Assembly (NCBI GenBank): GCA_963813715.1
Contig: CAWFAK010000005.1
Location: 896,001-960,000 of the forward strand
Direction: 5' to 3'
Length of the DNA stretch: 64,000 bases
DNA from: an uncultured Planctomycetaceae bacterium
GTDB taxonomy: Bacteria; Planctomycetota; Planctomycetia; Planctomycetales; Planctomycetaceae
How positions within the stretch are numbered: position 1 is the stretch's first letter; each line of letters starts with the position of its first letter. The position numbers and the translations under genes were made by a program. The notes under the pieces were generated by a model. That model was not told where the DNA came from. It ran no database searches and saw nothing but the letters and a program-made list of their open reading frames with translations. Below are positions 1 to 11,714 of this stretch, one piece after another.

Positions 1-124
1 TAGCAGGTAAAATCACTCATCAGATCCTCGGCTGGCGACGCTCGTCGGTTGCCATTTCTTGAGAACTCAGTGGCCAGACAATCAGTGGCCTGACTGTACC
101 CAAACCGATCGGGGACGCAAGCAG

Positions 125-913
125 ATGAACGAACAAATTGGCAACGAACAAATTGGCTATCGAGATCGGCCGACGGCGTGGCGCAGATTCGCATCGAGCG
201 TCCGGAGAAAAAAAACGCGCTCACCGCCGTCATGTACACGGGGCTGGTCGAGGCATTCAAGCGGGCCGAGTCGGACCCGGCGGTCCGCGTGCTGTTGCTC
301 TGCGGTTCGGACACGTGCTTCACGGCCGGCAACGACCTGCAGGACTTCATGAACACGCCGCCGCGCGACGAGAGCAACCCGACCATTCGCTTCATCAAGC
401 AACTGCCGGTGACGCGCAAGCCGATCATTGCCGCGGTCGCCGGTCCGGCCGTCGGCATCGGCACGACGATGCTGCTTCACTGCGACCTGGTTTATGCCGA
501 CCCCAACACGCGGTTTCAGCTCCCCTTCGTCACGCTGGGGCTCTGCCCGGAGGCCGCGTCGAGTTATCTCTTGCCGCAGATCGTCGGCTTCCCGCGGGCC
601 GCTGAATTGTTGCTGATGGGCGACCCGTTCTCCGCCCAGCAGGCGCTCGAAATGGGAATGATCAGCGGCATCACACCGGCCGGCGAGGTGATCGCGACAA
701 CCGCTCGCAAAAGCAAAACAGATGGCCGAGCGCCCGGCCGCTTCGCTGCTCTTGACCAAGGCCCTGTTGAAGCGGGCTCACGCGCGGCAGGTGGCCGAGA
801 TCATGGCCGAAGAGCTGACCCATTTTGGCGAGCGGCTGACGTCGCCGGAGGCGGCCGAGGCGTTTCGCGCGTTCTTCGAGCGGCGCAAGCCCGACTTCTC
901 GAAGTTCACCTGA
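125..913 (+). CDS. Enoyl-CoA hydratase/isomerase (crotonase) family protein; apparent frameshifts near 150-170 and ~715
   Basis: ORF 178..1005 has RPEKKNALT, FTAGNDL, GPAVGIG, PFVTLGLCPEAASS; ORF 722..913 gives the typical C-terminus AFRAFFERRKPDF. Likely start is the ATG at 125. Confidence 0.9.
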
Positions 914-964
914 TCGCTCGCGCCGGGGAGCGACGTCTGAATCGGAAAGATGTCGCGTGCTCGT

Positions 965-1343
965 TCATCCGGCGACTTTCCGGCGTCGGCTTCGGTGCTC
1001 CTTAATCTCCTGGTGGCAGTTGGCCATTCCGAACGCGGCGCCGGCCAACAGCAGCAGCCCCAACACCGTCAAGAAAATGCGGCCTTGCAGGTCGAACGTG
1101 GCGCTGCGAAAGGCCAACAGCGCGCGGGCTCCCAGTCCGGCCAAGAGAACCGAGACGAGCAGCACAGTGCGGAAGAAGGGCATCGCCTTGGCGCCGATGA
1201 TCTCCTCGACCTTCGAATCGACGATCACGAGGCCGATGATGACGCCGATCGTCGCGAAAAATCCGATGACGTGCGAGCGGACCCAACGGCGGGTCTCGGC
1301 GTCGTCTTCGGCGGGCGTTTCGTCGATCGGGTCGCGTGTTCAT
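965..1343 (-). CDS. Small hypothetical membrane protein (start uncertain)
   Basis: ORF 965..1228 has two hydrophobic segments; it lies directly downstream of copA on the same strand. Confidence 0.45.
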
Positions 1344-1430
1344 TGGAAGCCGTCGTGTCGGAATTTCAGGGCGTGCGAAGATTCATCGTCCTGCGGGGCC
1401 GTTCGCGTGTCAATTGCCGCCGGACCCGTG

Positions 1431-3900
1431 TCAATCCAGGCGTGCGTGCCGCAGCCGCAGGGCGTTGGTGACGACTGAGACCGAGCTCAAGCTCATCGCC
1501 AGGGCAGCAAAGGCCGGCGGCAGCACCAGCCCGAAGACGGGATACAGCGGCGCCGGCCGCGATCGGGATGCCGATCACGTTGTAGACGAACGCCAGAAAC
1601 AGGTTCTGACGCACGTTGTGCATGACCGCGCGGCTCAGCAACAACGCGCGGACGATGCCTTGCAGATCGCCGTGGAGCAGCGTGACGTCGGCCGTTTCGA
1701 TGGCGATGTCGGAGCCGGTGCCCATGGCGATGCCGACGTCGGCCTCCGCCAGAGCCGGGGCGTCGTTCACGCCGTCGCCAGCCATCGCCACGATTTGCCG
1801 CGTCGCGCCGCCCTGCTTGCCGTTCGCGGAGGCGGGCCACTTCGTCGTGCTTTTCCTGGGGGCGGAGGCCGGCCTGGAACTCGTCGATGCCCAACGCCTC
1901 CGCGACGACTCCCGCCGTGGTCGCGTTGTCGCCCGTCAGCATCACGATCTTGAGGCCCAAGCCGTGAAGCGCGTCGATCGCGGCGCGGCTCGACGCGCGG
2001 ATCGGATCAGCGATGGCCAAGAAGCCGATCGTCTGGTCACCCGCGCGCACGAACGTGACTGTCTGCCCCTGCTTGCGTGAGGCTTCCGCTTGATCGAGAA
2101 GCATCTGGGGGATGCTCTGGCCCTCGGCTTCGACGAACCGCCGTTCGCCCAGGCGGACTGGCTGCTTCTCGACGAGTCCGCTGACTCCGCCCCCGGCCGT
2201 CGATTCGAAAGCGTCGGCTGGCGGCGCGGCCAGTTTGCGTTCCTCGGCCGCGGTGACGATGGCGCCGGGACAGCGGGTGTCCGCTCGGTCGGGCGACGGC
2301 CGCGGCCAGACGCAGCACCTCGTCGCGTTCGCTTGCCGGCGATCGGGACAACCTGCGTGACCTTGGGTCGCCCTTCGGTCAGTGTGCCCGTTTTATCGAT
2401 CACCAGCAGCCGAACTTGTTCCATCAACTCCACGACGGCCGCGTTGCGGAACAGCACGCCGCTCCGCGCTCCGCGGCCCACGCCGACGGTGATCGACATC
2501 GGCGTCGCCAGGCCCAGCGCACACGGGCAGGCAATGATCAGCACGGAGACGGCCCGCTCGAGCGCCACGCTCACGCCCGGTCCGGGACCGACGAGCCAGC
2601 CAGATGACGAACGCGAGCGCGGCAATCGCCACGACGGCCGGTACGAAGATGGCCGACACACGATCGGCCAGCTTTTGGATCGGCGCCCGGCTCATCTGGG
2701 CCGACGCAACCAGTCGTGCGATCTGACTGAGGACCGTCTGATCGCCGACGCGCTCGGCCCGCATCACAAACGCGCCCGACTGGTTGATCGTGCCGCCGAT
2801 CACGGCATTGCCCGTCTGCTTGGAGACGGGCATCGATTCGCCGGTAATCATCGATTCGTCGATTGTGGAGAGACCCTCGGCCACCACGCCGTCGACGGGG
2901 ACCTTGTCGCCCGGCCGCACCCGCAGGCGATCGCCCACGGCTACCTGGCTGAGCGGCACTTCGACTTCGCGATCGCCGTCGATCCGCCGCGCGACCGGGC
3001 GGGGCCAGCGCGAATAACTCGCGGATGGCCGCCGTCGTCTGCCCGCGGGCCCGCAGCTCGAGCACCTGACCCAGCAGGACCAACACAGTGATCGTGGCGG
3101 CCGACTCGAAGTAGAGATGCCCGCCCCGATGCCGAGTCTCAGCGTGCCCGTCCGCATGCTCGACCGACGAAACGCCATCGTGCCGTGCGGCGCGATCGTC
3201 TCGCCGATTAACTGATAACAGCTGTAGCCATAGGCCGCCGCCACGCCCATCGCGATCAGCGTGAACATGTTGAGCTGGCGATTGACGACCGAGCGGACGC
3301 CCCGCTCCAGGAAGGGCCAGCCGGCCCAAAAGACGATCGGCGTCGCCAAGCAGGAATTCGAGCCAGTTCGCGGTCGCCGGGCTCAGCCAACGCTCGGTTC
3401 CTCCGCCCACCATCCCCAGCATGTCCCAGAGCGACGAGCGGCACGGCCAGCGCCAGGCCGATCCAAAACCGCCGACTCATGTCGGCCAGTTCGCCGTCAT
3501 CCGCGGCAGTTCGTCCTGCCCGGGAGCGAGCCGCGGGACGAGGGCCATGCCGCAAATCGGACAAAGCCCGGGACCGATCTGCTCGACCCCTTCGTCCATC
3601 GGGCAGTAATAGACGCGCGTGTCCGCGGATCTCGACGAACGGGCTGAGGCGGCAGGGGGCGTGCCGCGCGATGGCCGGGGTGATCGTGCTGGGCGTGATT
3701 GTGGCCCGACTGATCGTGTTCGTGCGACATCGGCGGAGCAGTGCCGCCCACGATGCTCTCGATCGATTCGCCGCGATTCAGCCGATCGCGAAAGTCGCAG
3801 CGGCAATGCTCGCTGCAAAACCAGAACTTCTGTCCCCGTGCTCGACTGTCAGCGGCGACGATTCGTCGACCTGCATGTGACAGATGGGATCAACCGGCAC
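1431..3900 (-). CDS. copA: Cu(I)/Ag(I)-translocating P1B-type ATPase with N-terminal YHS domain and heavy-metal-binding domain; multiple frameshifts
   Basis: Fragments carry DPICHM..FCSEHC (YHS), a His-rich linker, [47 protein letters not shown] and AMSLSSVSV; stop TGA at 1431. Confidence 0.93.
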
Positions 3901-3924
3901 GAGGTCCCCCGTGGTCCTGTTTGG

Positions 3925-4730
3925 CTATTTGAAGTCGATGTCCTCGAGCTGCGGCAGCTCCTCCAGACGCCGTAGGCCGAACAACTGCAGGAAGCGAGGC
4001 GAGGTGCGATAGGCGGCTTCCTTTTCGCGGCCGCCGTCGCCCCGTTCGAGCACGACTAGCTCTCGCTGCAAGCAGCTGCCGCAAGTGAGAGCCGGCGCCC
4101 CGCTTGCCGATCTCCTCGATCGCTTTCCGCGAGATCGGCTGACGGTACGCCACCAACGATAACACTTCGAGCGTCTCCTGCGAGAGTCGCACCTGCCGCG
4201 GCCCGAATCCGTAGACGCCGATTTCGCTCTGGCTCGAACTCGGAGCGGAGGGCGAGACAGTAGCCGCCGTCGACCAGCCGAATTTCGTAAGGGCGGTTCT
4301 GGGCAGTGTACCGGTCACGCAACCGTTCGACGGCCGATTCGATAAACGTCGAATCGAACTCCCCGCGCAGCACGGCACCGATCGCCTTGATCGTCAGCGG
4401 CTTGCCCCCGACGAAGAGCAGCGCCTCGATCACTTGCTCGGGTCCGACCGGAGGCGTTTCACCCTCGGCGCCGGGGCCGAGATTGATTTGTGTCGCTGTT
4501 TCTCCTGTTCCGCTCGCTGGCAACGCGGCGACGGAAATCGAGGATTCGTCGGCCGCCTCGGCTTCGCCCGAACTGGAAAGCGCAGTGCTCACCGCGTTCA
4601 AATCGTTCGCAACGGCGTCGACGGCATCAAGGGCCTGCCGGTAAAGCCGCTCGATTTCGTCGACGCTCCAGCTCGGCTCGGCCGCGTCGCCCGCACCCGT
4701 TTCCAACGACGAATTGTGGGGAGAATTCAT
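3925..4730 (-). CDS. scpB: SMC-Scp complex subunit ScpB; frameshifted
   Basis: IEALLFVGGKPL, LSQETLEVLSLVAYRQPISR and the C-terminus YRTSPRFLQLFGLRRLEELP. Confidence 0.88.
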
Positions 4731-4888
4731 CGAATTGGCTTCCTTTCCGTCTCTGCAGACTGCCCGCCAAGCGGCAGGGCGGGGATCATCGCCGACGGGG
4801 AAAATGGCTGCAATGCCAGTTGAACCGGGTACGAAAGGAGCCGGCTGGCGGGAGAGGAGCGACTACAAACGGGTGCGCCGATCGCGAG

Positions 4889-5523
4889 TCAGGACTCTTT
4901 GCGGAGGTGCTGCACCCAGGCGGGCGGCAGGTTGAGAAAGACCCAGTCGCGGCGAAATCCGTGCTGCTCGAGCCGTCCGTTCAAGATGCGGTCGAGGTCC
5001 TTGATGCGGGTCCGCTCGGAGCCGCGGGAGATCAGGCCGCGCACCGGCCGCACATACATGTACTCGAAGAACGACAGCACGCCGCCCGGGGCGAGAAAGT
5101 TGAAGAAGGCGTCGAGCACGCGGCCGACAAACGCGGGCGAAAAATTGTTGAACGGCAGCCCCGACACGATGAAATCGTAGGGCAGCTCCGACTGGAACGA
5201 CTCGATGCCGCAGACGTGAATCCGCGCCCGATCGGCGGCTTGCTTGAAGGTCGGCTCGTTTTGAAATCGCTGCTCCAGTCGCTGGGCGAAAGCCTCGTTG
5301 AGCTCGACCATGTCGAGACATCGTCCGCCTTGAGCAGAGTCACGATCCGCCGCGTGACGGCGCCGGTCCCCGGGCCGACCTCCAGAATGCGGGCCGGCCC
5401 GCGATCGGAAGCGATGTGGCGGGTCATCGCACGGGCCAGACGCCGGCTGCTCGGGGCAATGGCGCCGGTCGTCTGGAACTGGGTGCGGAACTGGCGGAGA
5501 AATTCGCGGTGGTCGCGGAGCAT
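4889..5523 (-). CDS. Class I SAM-dependent methyltransferase (phospholipid N-methyltransferase-like); frameshift near 5320
   Basis: TGAIAPSSRRLA, ILEVGPGTG, YDFIVSGLPF and NLPPAWV motifs. Confidence 0.85.
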
Positions 5524-5607
5524 GCGACCAAATATAGGCGGGGCCGCTCGGCTCGGCCATCGAGCGGGCCGTCGCCCCGCACTCCGGCGAACGCGCCGCG
5601 GTCTGGC

Positions 5608-6650
5608 TTACAGCCCCGAATTCTGCGTGGTCGACTCGGGCTTGCTCGGACTCTCGGTGTCGCCTGCCTTGCTGGCCAACTTGTGCTGGCGGCGGAACCA
5701 AGCCTCGAGTTCGGTCTTGTCGAGGAAGCCGTCGCCGTTGGTGTCGATTTTCGCGAAATTCTTCTTGAGAAACGGCGGGGCTTCCTCCATCGACAGCTTG
5801 CCGTCGCCGTCGGTATCGGCCCGCTTGAGAATCTGCATCAGATTGCGTTCCTGCTTGCCATTCTTGCGGCGGGCCAGCGGAGCGGCCGGGGTGATCGTCG
5901 GTTCCTCGGACGAGGCGACGGCCGGCATCTCGTTCAGCTCTTTGGCGTCGAGGAAGCCGTCGTGATTGCGATCCAACCGGTCAAACAACTCGGCCGCCTT
6001 CGAGAGCTCTTCGCGACTCAAGCGGCCATCGTGATTGGTGTCGAGCAGCTTGGCGAACGCGGGCAGCTGTGACGACGCTTCGGCGGTCTCGTTCTTCTTC
6101 TCGGCCATGGTCCGCGCGAGCCCTTTCTTTTGGGCTTTCTTGCCGGCCTGCTTGCCTCCGCCACCCTGCAGCGCGGATTTGAGATCGTCCAGGGTCAGCT
6201 CGTCCTTGCCGAGCCGATCGAAGAGCGCCTGGATGCGGGGGCGCCCTTTCGCTTCGTCGCGCGTCAGTTTGCCGTCTTTATTTTTGTCGAGAGTGCGAAA
6301 GATTCTGCTGGGGATCGACCTTGGCCCGCGGCGGACCGGAGCCGGCATCGATGCCCGGAGTCTTGCTGATATCGATGCCCGGCGTCTCGTCCTTGCCCAT
6401 TGCCGCGTCGAATTCTTCGCGGCTGAGCTTGCCGTCCTTGTTCGTATCGCCGATCCGCAGCAGCCGCTCGAAGAATTTCTGATGCTCCTGGCGGAATCTC
6501 CGACGCGGTGAGCACGCCGTCTTTGTTCGTGTCGAGCTTCTCGAACAGCGCATCGGGTTTCGTTTCGGTTTCCGCGGGATCTTCGGCTCGCACACCGCTC
6601 ACCAGTCCGGCTGAAACGCAGAGCGCGAAGATCAGGGACAGCTTTTTCAT
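5608..6650 (-). CDS. Secreted multi-EF-hand calcium-binding protein; frameshifted
   Basis: Signal peptide MKKLSLIFALCVSAGLVSG; seven Dx(N/D)xDGxLxxxE loops (e.g. DTNKDGKLSREE, DTDGDGKLSMEE). Confidence 0.85.
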
Positions 6651-6930
6651 GGTCAGATCCCGTCTAAAAGCGCTGCCGCCATCGACCGGCGGATTTTGGT
6701 TCCCCAAGGACAAGCTTACGCCGCGACGCCCGTTTGTCTACGGGGCTCTCGGCGACCTGGCGGTGTCGCCTTCAGGCGACTTCCCGCGGCCCCGTTGCAT
6801 TCAGGCCACTCTCCTGGGCCCCTTTGTCTTTCAACACCAGCCGGAGGCGACGGGTGCCGCGGCATTTATGTATCTGGGCGTTGAATGACCGGAAGCCGCG
6901 CGAATCGAACGGAACGCGCGGCGGAAATGA

Positions 6931-6969
6931 ACGAGGCCCGACTCGCTCGCAGGAGCGGCCGGGCCTCGT
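6931..6969. terminator. GC-rich hairpin downstream of the 7023..8832 gene; possible terminator
   Basis: ACGAGGCCCG...CGGGCCTCGT 10-bp perfect inverted repeat; weak U-tract. Confidence 0.45.
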
Positions 6970-7022
6970 AACAGTCAGATTGTCATCGGGTTAAGGCGAA
7001 AGCCCCGCCTCTCCGATTGGGA

Positions 7023-8832
7023 TTACGGGGTCTTCGGCGTAAAGCTGACGAAGATCGCCCCGTTGGCGTGCGGAATCCCGTAGCTGCCCGAGGGGGGCAG
7101 GTACTTCTTGATGGCGTCGAATTCCGGAAGCTTCTTGAAGTCGATCCCCTCGATCAGCTTGCCGATGACCGGGATGGCCCCCAGCGACTCGGAAGCCTTG
7201 CCGCTGCGGAACATCTCGTAGATGCCCTTCATCTGGCCGACCTGCTCCTGATACCACTTGATCGAGGTCTCGGCCGGGAAGTTCTCGGCGATCTTCTTGT
7301 ACTTCTCGGCTTCGGCCAGCGGCTTGCGGTCCTTGTCGCCCAGGATGAGCTGCTCGAGGCGCGAAACGTCGTTGGAGAACATCAGGTGGTTCTGGACGAC
7401 CGTCAGCCCCATCTCTTTGTTGGAGTTGCCGAAGCCGGGGATGCCTTCGATCGTGTAGATGATCTCGCCGCGGAAGTCGCGGGTCTTCACCGGGATGCCC
7501 TGCATCTTGGAGACTTTGTCGAGCGCGGCCTTGGCCTTCTTGGCGTCCTTGACGCCCAAGGCGACGAGCAACCGCATGCTCTCCGGATTGTTGGCATCCG
7601 GCGAGTCGGTGCAGACGTCGATCGAGCCGTCGAGGTTGTCCAGGACGTCTTTCTTGATGTGGATCTTCGGGCCGTTGTCGTCGGTGGCCCATTCGTCGAG
7701 CTTCTGGGCAGTGAAGCCCGGACCCATGAACTGGTCGACGACGCCTTCAACTGACGTGAAGGCCTTCTGGATGTCCCAGTTGATGGCGATGTAGGAAGTC
7801 GAATCTTCCTTCACCCACTGAGGCGGAGTTTGCTTCGTCGCCGGGAAGTGAAGGACGCCCAACAGGCCCGACACCGGCTGCTCGACATACACGAGGATGC
7901 GGCTCACCGAGTCGTACTTCTCGGTGTCCATGTGGACGGTGCCCCCGATCGCCTTGAGGTTGTTCAGGCCCAACAGGGGCAGCACGGCCATCGCCATGCC
8001 GATGCTCTGGTCGATGTTTTCCGAAGACTTCACAAACGCCTGCACGAGGTTCACCGGGTTGACGTACCAGGTGAGGACCGACGGCGACGTTTCCAGCTTG
8101 CCCAGGTCGGCGATGGCCTTGTAGGCCGCAACTTCGGCCAGCGTTTCCGCGTGCTTGCCACCCCAGCGGCGGAGAATGTCCTGCATGGCGACCGCGCTCG
8201 ATGAGGCGATCAGCGTGCTGCCCTTGATCGCATAGGCGACCTGCGTGCCGAATTCCGGCTCTTCCGCCTTTTCGCTCTTGTCGTCCTTCTTATCGTCCCC
8301 GTCCGCCTTCGGATGGGAGTAGACGACGAGCTGGGTCCCCTCGAAATCGCGGGAGCTCTTCTTGAAGCCGGCCTTGTCCAGGCCCTCGTCCGTGTGCTTC
8401 AAAATCGTGGCGACCGTGTCGCCGTTCTTGCCGAAATCGATGATGGCGGCAACCGCCAGTTTTTTGGCGTCGGTCGGCAGCAGCACGGCCAGCGAGACTT
8501 CGCCGTCCGGAATGGCAAACGCGTCGGCCAGGCGGACGCCGATGTGCTTTTGCACCTCGTCGCTGATGTCGTTCAGCTTCTTGTGGACTTCCCCCATGAA
8601 GTCGGCCAGCTTGGGCTCCTGGAGGAGCCGGCCGGTGTGCGTTCTTGTTGAAGCGGGTCTTCAACTCGCTGACGTTGGGAATCGTGACATACAGGTACGT
8701 GTTGGGCGGGAGCAGCCGATCGTTCGGCCCTTTCTCCGCCGCGAAGGCCCCGCGGGCGGTCAAGCCCATCGCGAGGGCCAGGCCGGCGATTACGATCCGG
8801 CGGGCTGTCATTGATCTCATGGTCGGGTCCAA
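7023..8832 (-). CDS. Exported hypothetical protein (planctomycete type, possibly DUF3352-like); frameshift near 8640
   Basis: Signal peptide ARRIVIAGLALAMGLTARGAFA in ORF 8290..8832 joined to the 524-aa ORF 7023..8597; strongly biased codon usage. Confidence 0.75.
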
Positions 8833-9197
8833 TCTGGATGTTGGAGAGGGAAAATGAGCCTCGAAGTCAGCACACCGTCATCGCCAGCAACCGCGCGGTC
8901 GCCACGGCGGCCTATTTCATACGCCCGGTAACGCGCCCGGGTTTCGCAATTTCGTGCGAATCGAAGCGCAACGTCATCGTGGATCCCGTTTAAGGGATCC
9001 CGAGACCGCCTGAGTTGTAACACCGGCCCGAGACGGGAACAAGTCACCGCCGAGCCGTGTTCAACCGGCATTTCCCCCGTTTTTTCCGCGTTTCCTCGCC
9101 AGTTCTCAAACCAGTGCGCACGGCCCGTGCCCGCGGCAAACAGGCGCCAGCGCGCACGTCCAGCCCAGCCGCACCGGGTGCAGGGGCATTGCCCCTG

Positions 9198-10172
9198 CTA
9201 GGTTTTTGGCGGGGAGGCGGAGTTGTGGCGGCGGGGGGCGTCGAGGTAGCGGTAGCCGGTGTTCGGGTTGTTCTTGTCGAAGGCGAACGAGTCCCGGTTG
9301 GCGAGAAAATGCTTGAGGTAGGAGACCGGGATGGCGAAGCCCAGCCCTTCGCCGAAGTTGGACTTCATATTAGTGACGCCGACGACTTCGCCCCGCGAAT
9401 TGAAGAGCGGTCCGCCGCTGTTGCCCGGATTGATCTGCGTGGTGGTTTGAATGTAGACGAGCCCCTGAAAGCTGCGGTTACGGGTGCTGACGATGCCTCG
9501 CGAGACGGATCGCTCCAGGCCGAGCGGGTTGCCGATGGCGAAGACTTCGTCCCCTTCTTTCTGGTCGTCGCCGTCCGCCAGATAGACCGGCTGAAACCGC
9601 AGGTCTGCCTGCTTGGGGATTTCCAACAGCGCCAGATCGAGGAACGGGTTGAGGGCGATGATCTTCACGTCGTCAATCCGCCGCCGGACGAACTCGCCGT
9701 TCGATCCGCGATGAAACATGGTGACGGCGACCCGCGTTTCGCGTTCGATGACGTGATAGTTGGTAATGCAGTAGCCTCGGGTATTGATGATGAATCCCGA
9801 GCCGAGGCCGGCGGGAGTCGTCACCAGGACCACGCCTTCGCCGTAAGTGGCCGCCAGCTCCTTGACCGTCCGCACGGGAAGCCGCGCTGTGAGATAGCAA
9901 TCGTTCTCGGCTCCGCTGGCGGGCGGCTTGACGTCGCCGCGATGGGTTCGTTTGCTGATCGAGGCCGTGGGCACGCGGAGCACGTCGAAGCCCAGGTCGA
10001 GGAAGAGCGCGTCGGGCTCTTCCTTCAAGACGGGGGCCTCGAATTTCTGTCCGCTCTTCAGCTCGATCAGATCCTTCTGGGCCGGCGGACCCGCCCAGGC
10101 AATCAACAGCAGTGCCAGGCCTTTATGCAACACGCCGCCCGACAACAAACCCCCGCTCAAGATCGCCAACAT
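9198..10172 (-). CDS. Trypsin-like serine protease (S1C/HtrA-like, no PDZ domain)
   Basis: [25 protein letters not shown] and [10 protein letters not shown] catalytic motifs. Confidence 0.92.
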   Translation of the reverse strand: MLAILSGGLLSGGVLHKGLALLLIAWAGPPAQKDLIELKSGQKFEAPVLKEEPDALFLDLGFDVLRVPTASISKRTHRGDVKPPASGAENDCYLTARLPVRTVKELAATYGEGVVLVTTPAGLGSGFIINTRGYCITNYHVIERETRVAVTMFHRGSNGEFVRRRIDDVKIIALNPFLDLALLEIPKQADLRFQPVYLADGDDQKEGDEVFAIGNPLGLERSVSRGIVSTRNRSFQGLVYIQTTTQINPGNSGGPLFNSRGEVVGVTNMKSNFGEGLGFAIPVSYLKHFLANRDSFAFDKNNPNTGYRYLDAPRRHNSASPPKT

Positions 10173-10313
10173 GGCAAATTTCCTTGGGTCGTCATTGACC
10201 CAGGCAGCGCTCCGAAGACTGGACCGTTGCAGTCCGTCGCGGCAATCGACCGCCCTCCGTGACCTCAGTCGAAAATCGTACCCCCGAAATCATACCTTCT
10301 AAATCGCAATCAC

Positions 10314-11479
10314 CTAAAAGCGAAAATCGGCGTGGCACGCGTCACATCGCTTCTGAATCCGTGTCAAAGCGTCGGCAAAGGCCGGCGCTTCGCCCGACTT
10401 GGCCGCGGTCGCCAGGTCGGACGCGGCACGCGTGAGCTCAGTCGCCTGCCCGTGATACTTCGGGTCATCCGCCGAGTCGTAATGGCCGACGGAGATGACA
10501 CGACTGAGCACGGCCAGGATCGCCGCATCCTCGACCGCCTGCCCGGCGTCCTTCTTGAGCAGTTGCTGGGCCGAGCCCCCCTTTTTCAAGTGTTGGAACG
10601 AACGGTCCATCCGCTTCATGAGTGAGCTGCGGTTGGCGACCTGTGCCAAATCACGCATCGGCTCGGCGGCGGGGAGTCCGGCGGGAACGTTGCCGTCGAG
10701 CACGTCCATCAACTGGTCGCTCGGTCCCTTGGTCGCCTGGTAGGCCTGTCCGCCGAGAGCCTTGGCCGAGTCATGGATGCTCGCCGCCAGGTCGCGGACG
10801 TTGGCCGCATGTTCCTTCCAGCTGGTGGACCGCGGCAGCTCGACGACGATTTCCGCGAGGGCGGCTAACGTCGCGGCGGAGACCGCGATCTCCTGGTAGT
10901 GAGCGTTGTACTTCCCCACCGACTGCAGCCCGGCCGTCAGCTCGGTGCGAATGTGCTTCACCTCCGCATCCAGCACGTCGGCATCGATCAGCTCACCCCA
11001 GTCGGCGGAGGCGCCGGCCGGTTTGGCTGCCGCGCCGCCCGCGGGCTTGGCGGCCGCCGCCGTCCCAGAATCGGTCGCGTTGGTAGGCGGGGCCGTGGTT
11101 GACGAAGCGCGCGGCCGTTCGACGGTGGCCACTTCGGTCTTGGATTTCTGGCCCTCGGTCGGTGCGGCTTTCGATCAGATTTTCCGATCGACCCTCGGCC
11201 GCCACGGCCGAGCGGATCGTCGAAGAAGACGTCGTACGGCACGTCGCCCAGCCATTTGCGGCCTTGGGCGTCGGTGTGCTCGGAGACTTGTCGCTCCCCG
11301 TCGCCAAGCGACCCCGGTCCGCCGACGGCCGTATTCTCGGTGGCCGGCGACGAAGAACTGGCGGTCGTCGACGGGGCAGAAGACGGGAGCGGCGCTGGCG
11401 TGCAACCGGAGACGGCGCTAACCAACAGGGCCCAGCTCGACAGGAGTGCCCAACTCGGCACGAATGCCGAGCTCGACAC
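10314..11479 (-). CDS. Putative lipoprotein c-type cytochrome (cytochrome c'-like C-terminal heme); frameshift near 11180
   Basis: Lipobox-like VSAVSGC; helical body; C-terminal CDACH. Confidence 0.7.
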
Positions 11480-11714
11480 TGTTGCCGGGAGGGCGGCGCG
11501 GCACGCCTTACGACCGTCTGCGTTAGCTCGATCCCTCGATCGACGGACATTTTCGTCGCTCGTTTTTGGAAAGTCCCTCCGCGATTATCGACTGCGGCGC
11601 ACGGGCATGCAATCGAGGATTTTTCGCCGCGCTGGCCGCAGTCGGCGCGGCCCATTACACTCAGTCTCGCCCCAAACTACCCGCCCGCGACTCCCAATCT
11701 CACCGGCATTTTCC

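Noticed and set aside
208..215. A8 tract as a phase-variation site
   Set aside because: In frame and encodes the conserved KKN of crotonases
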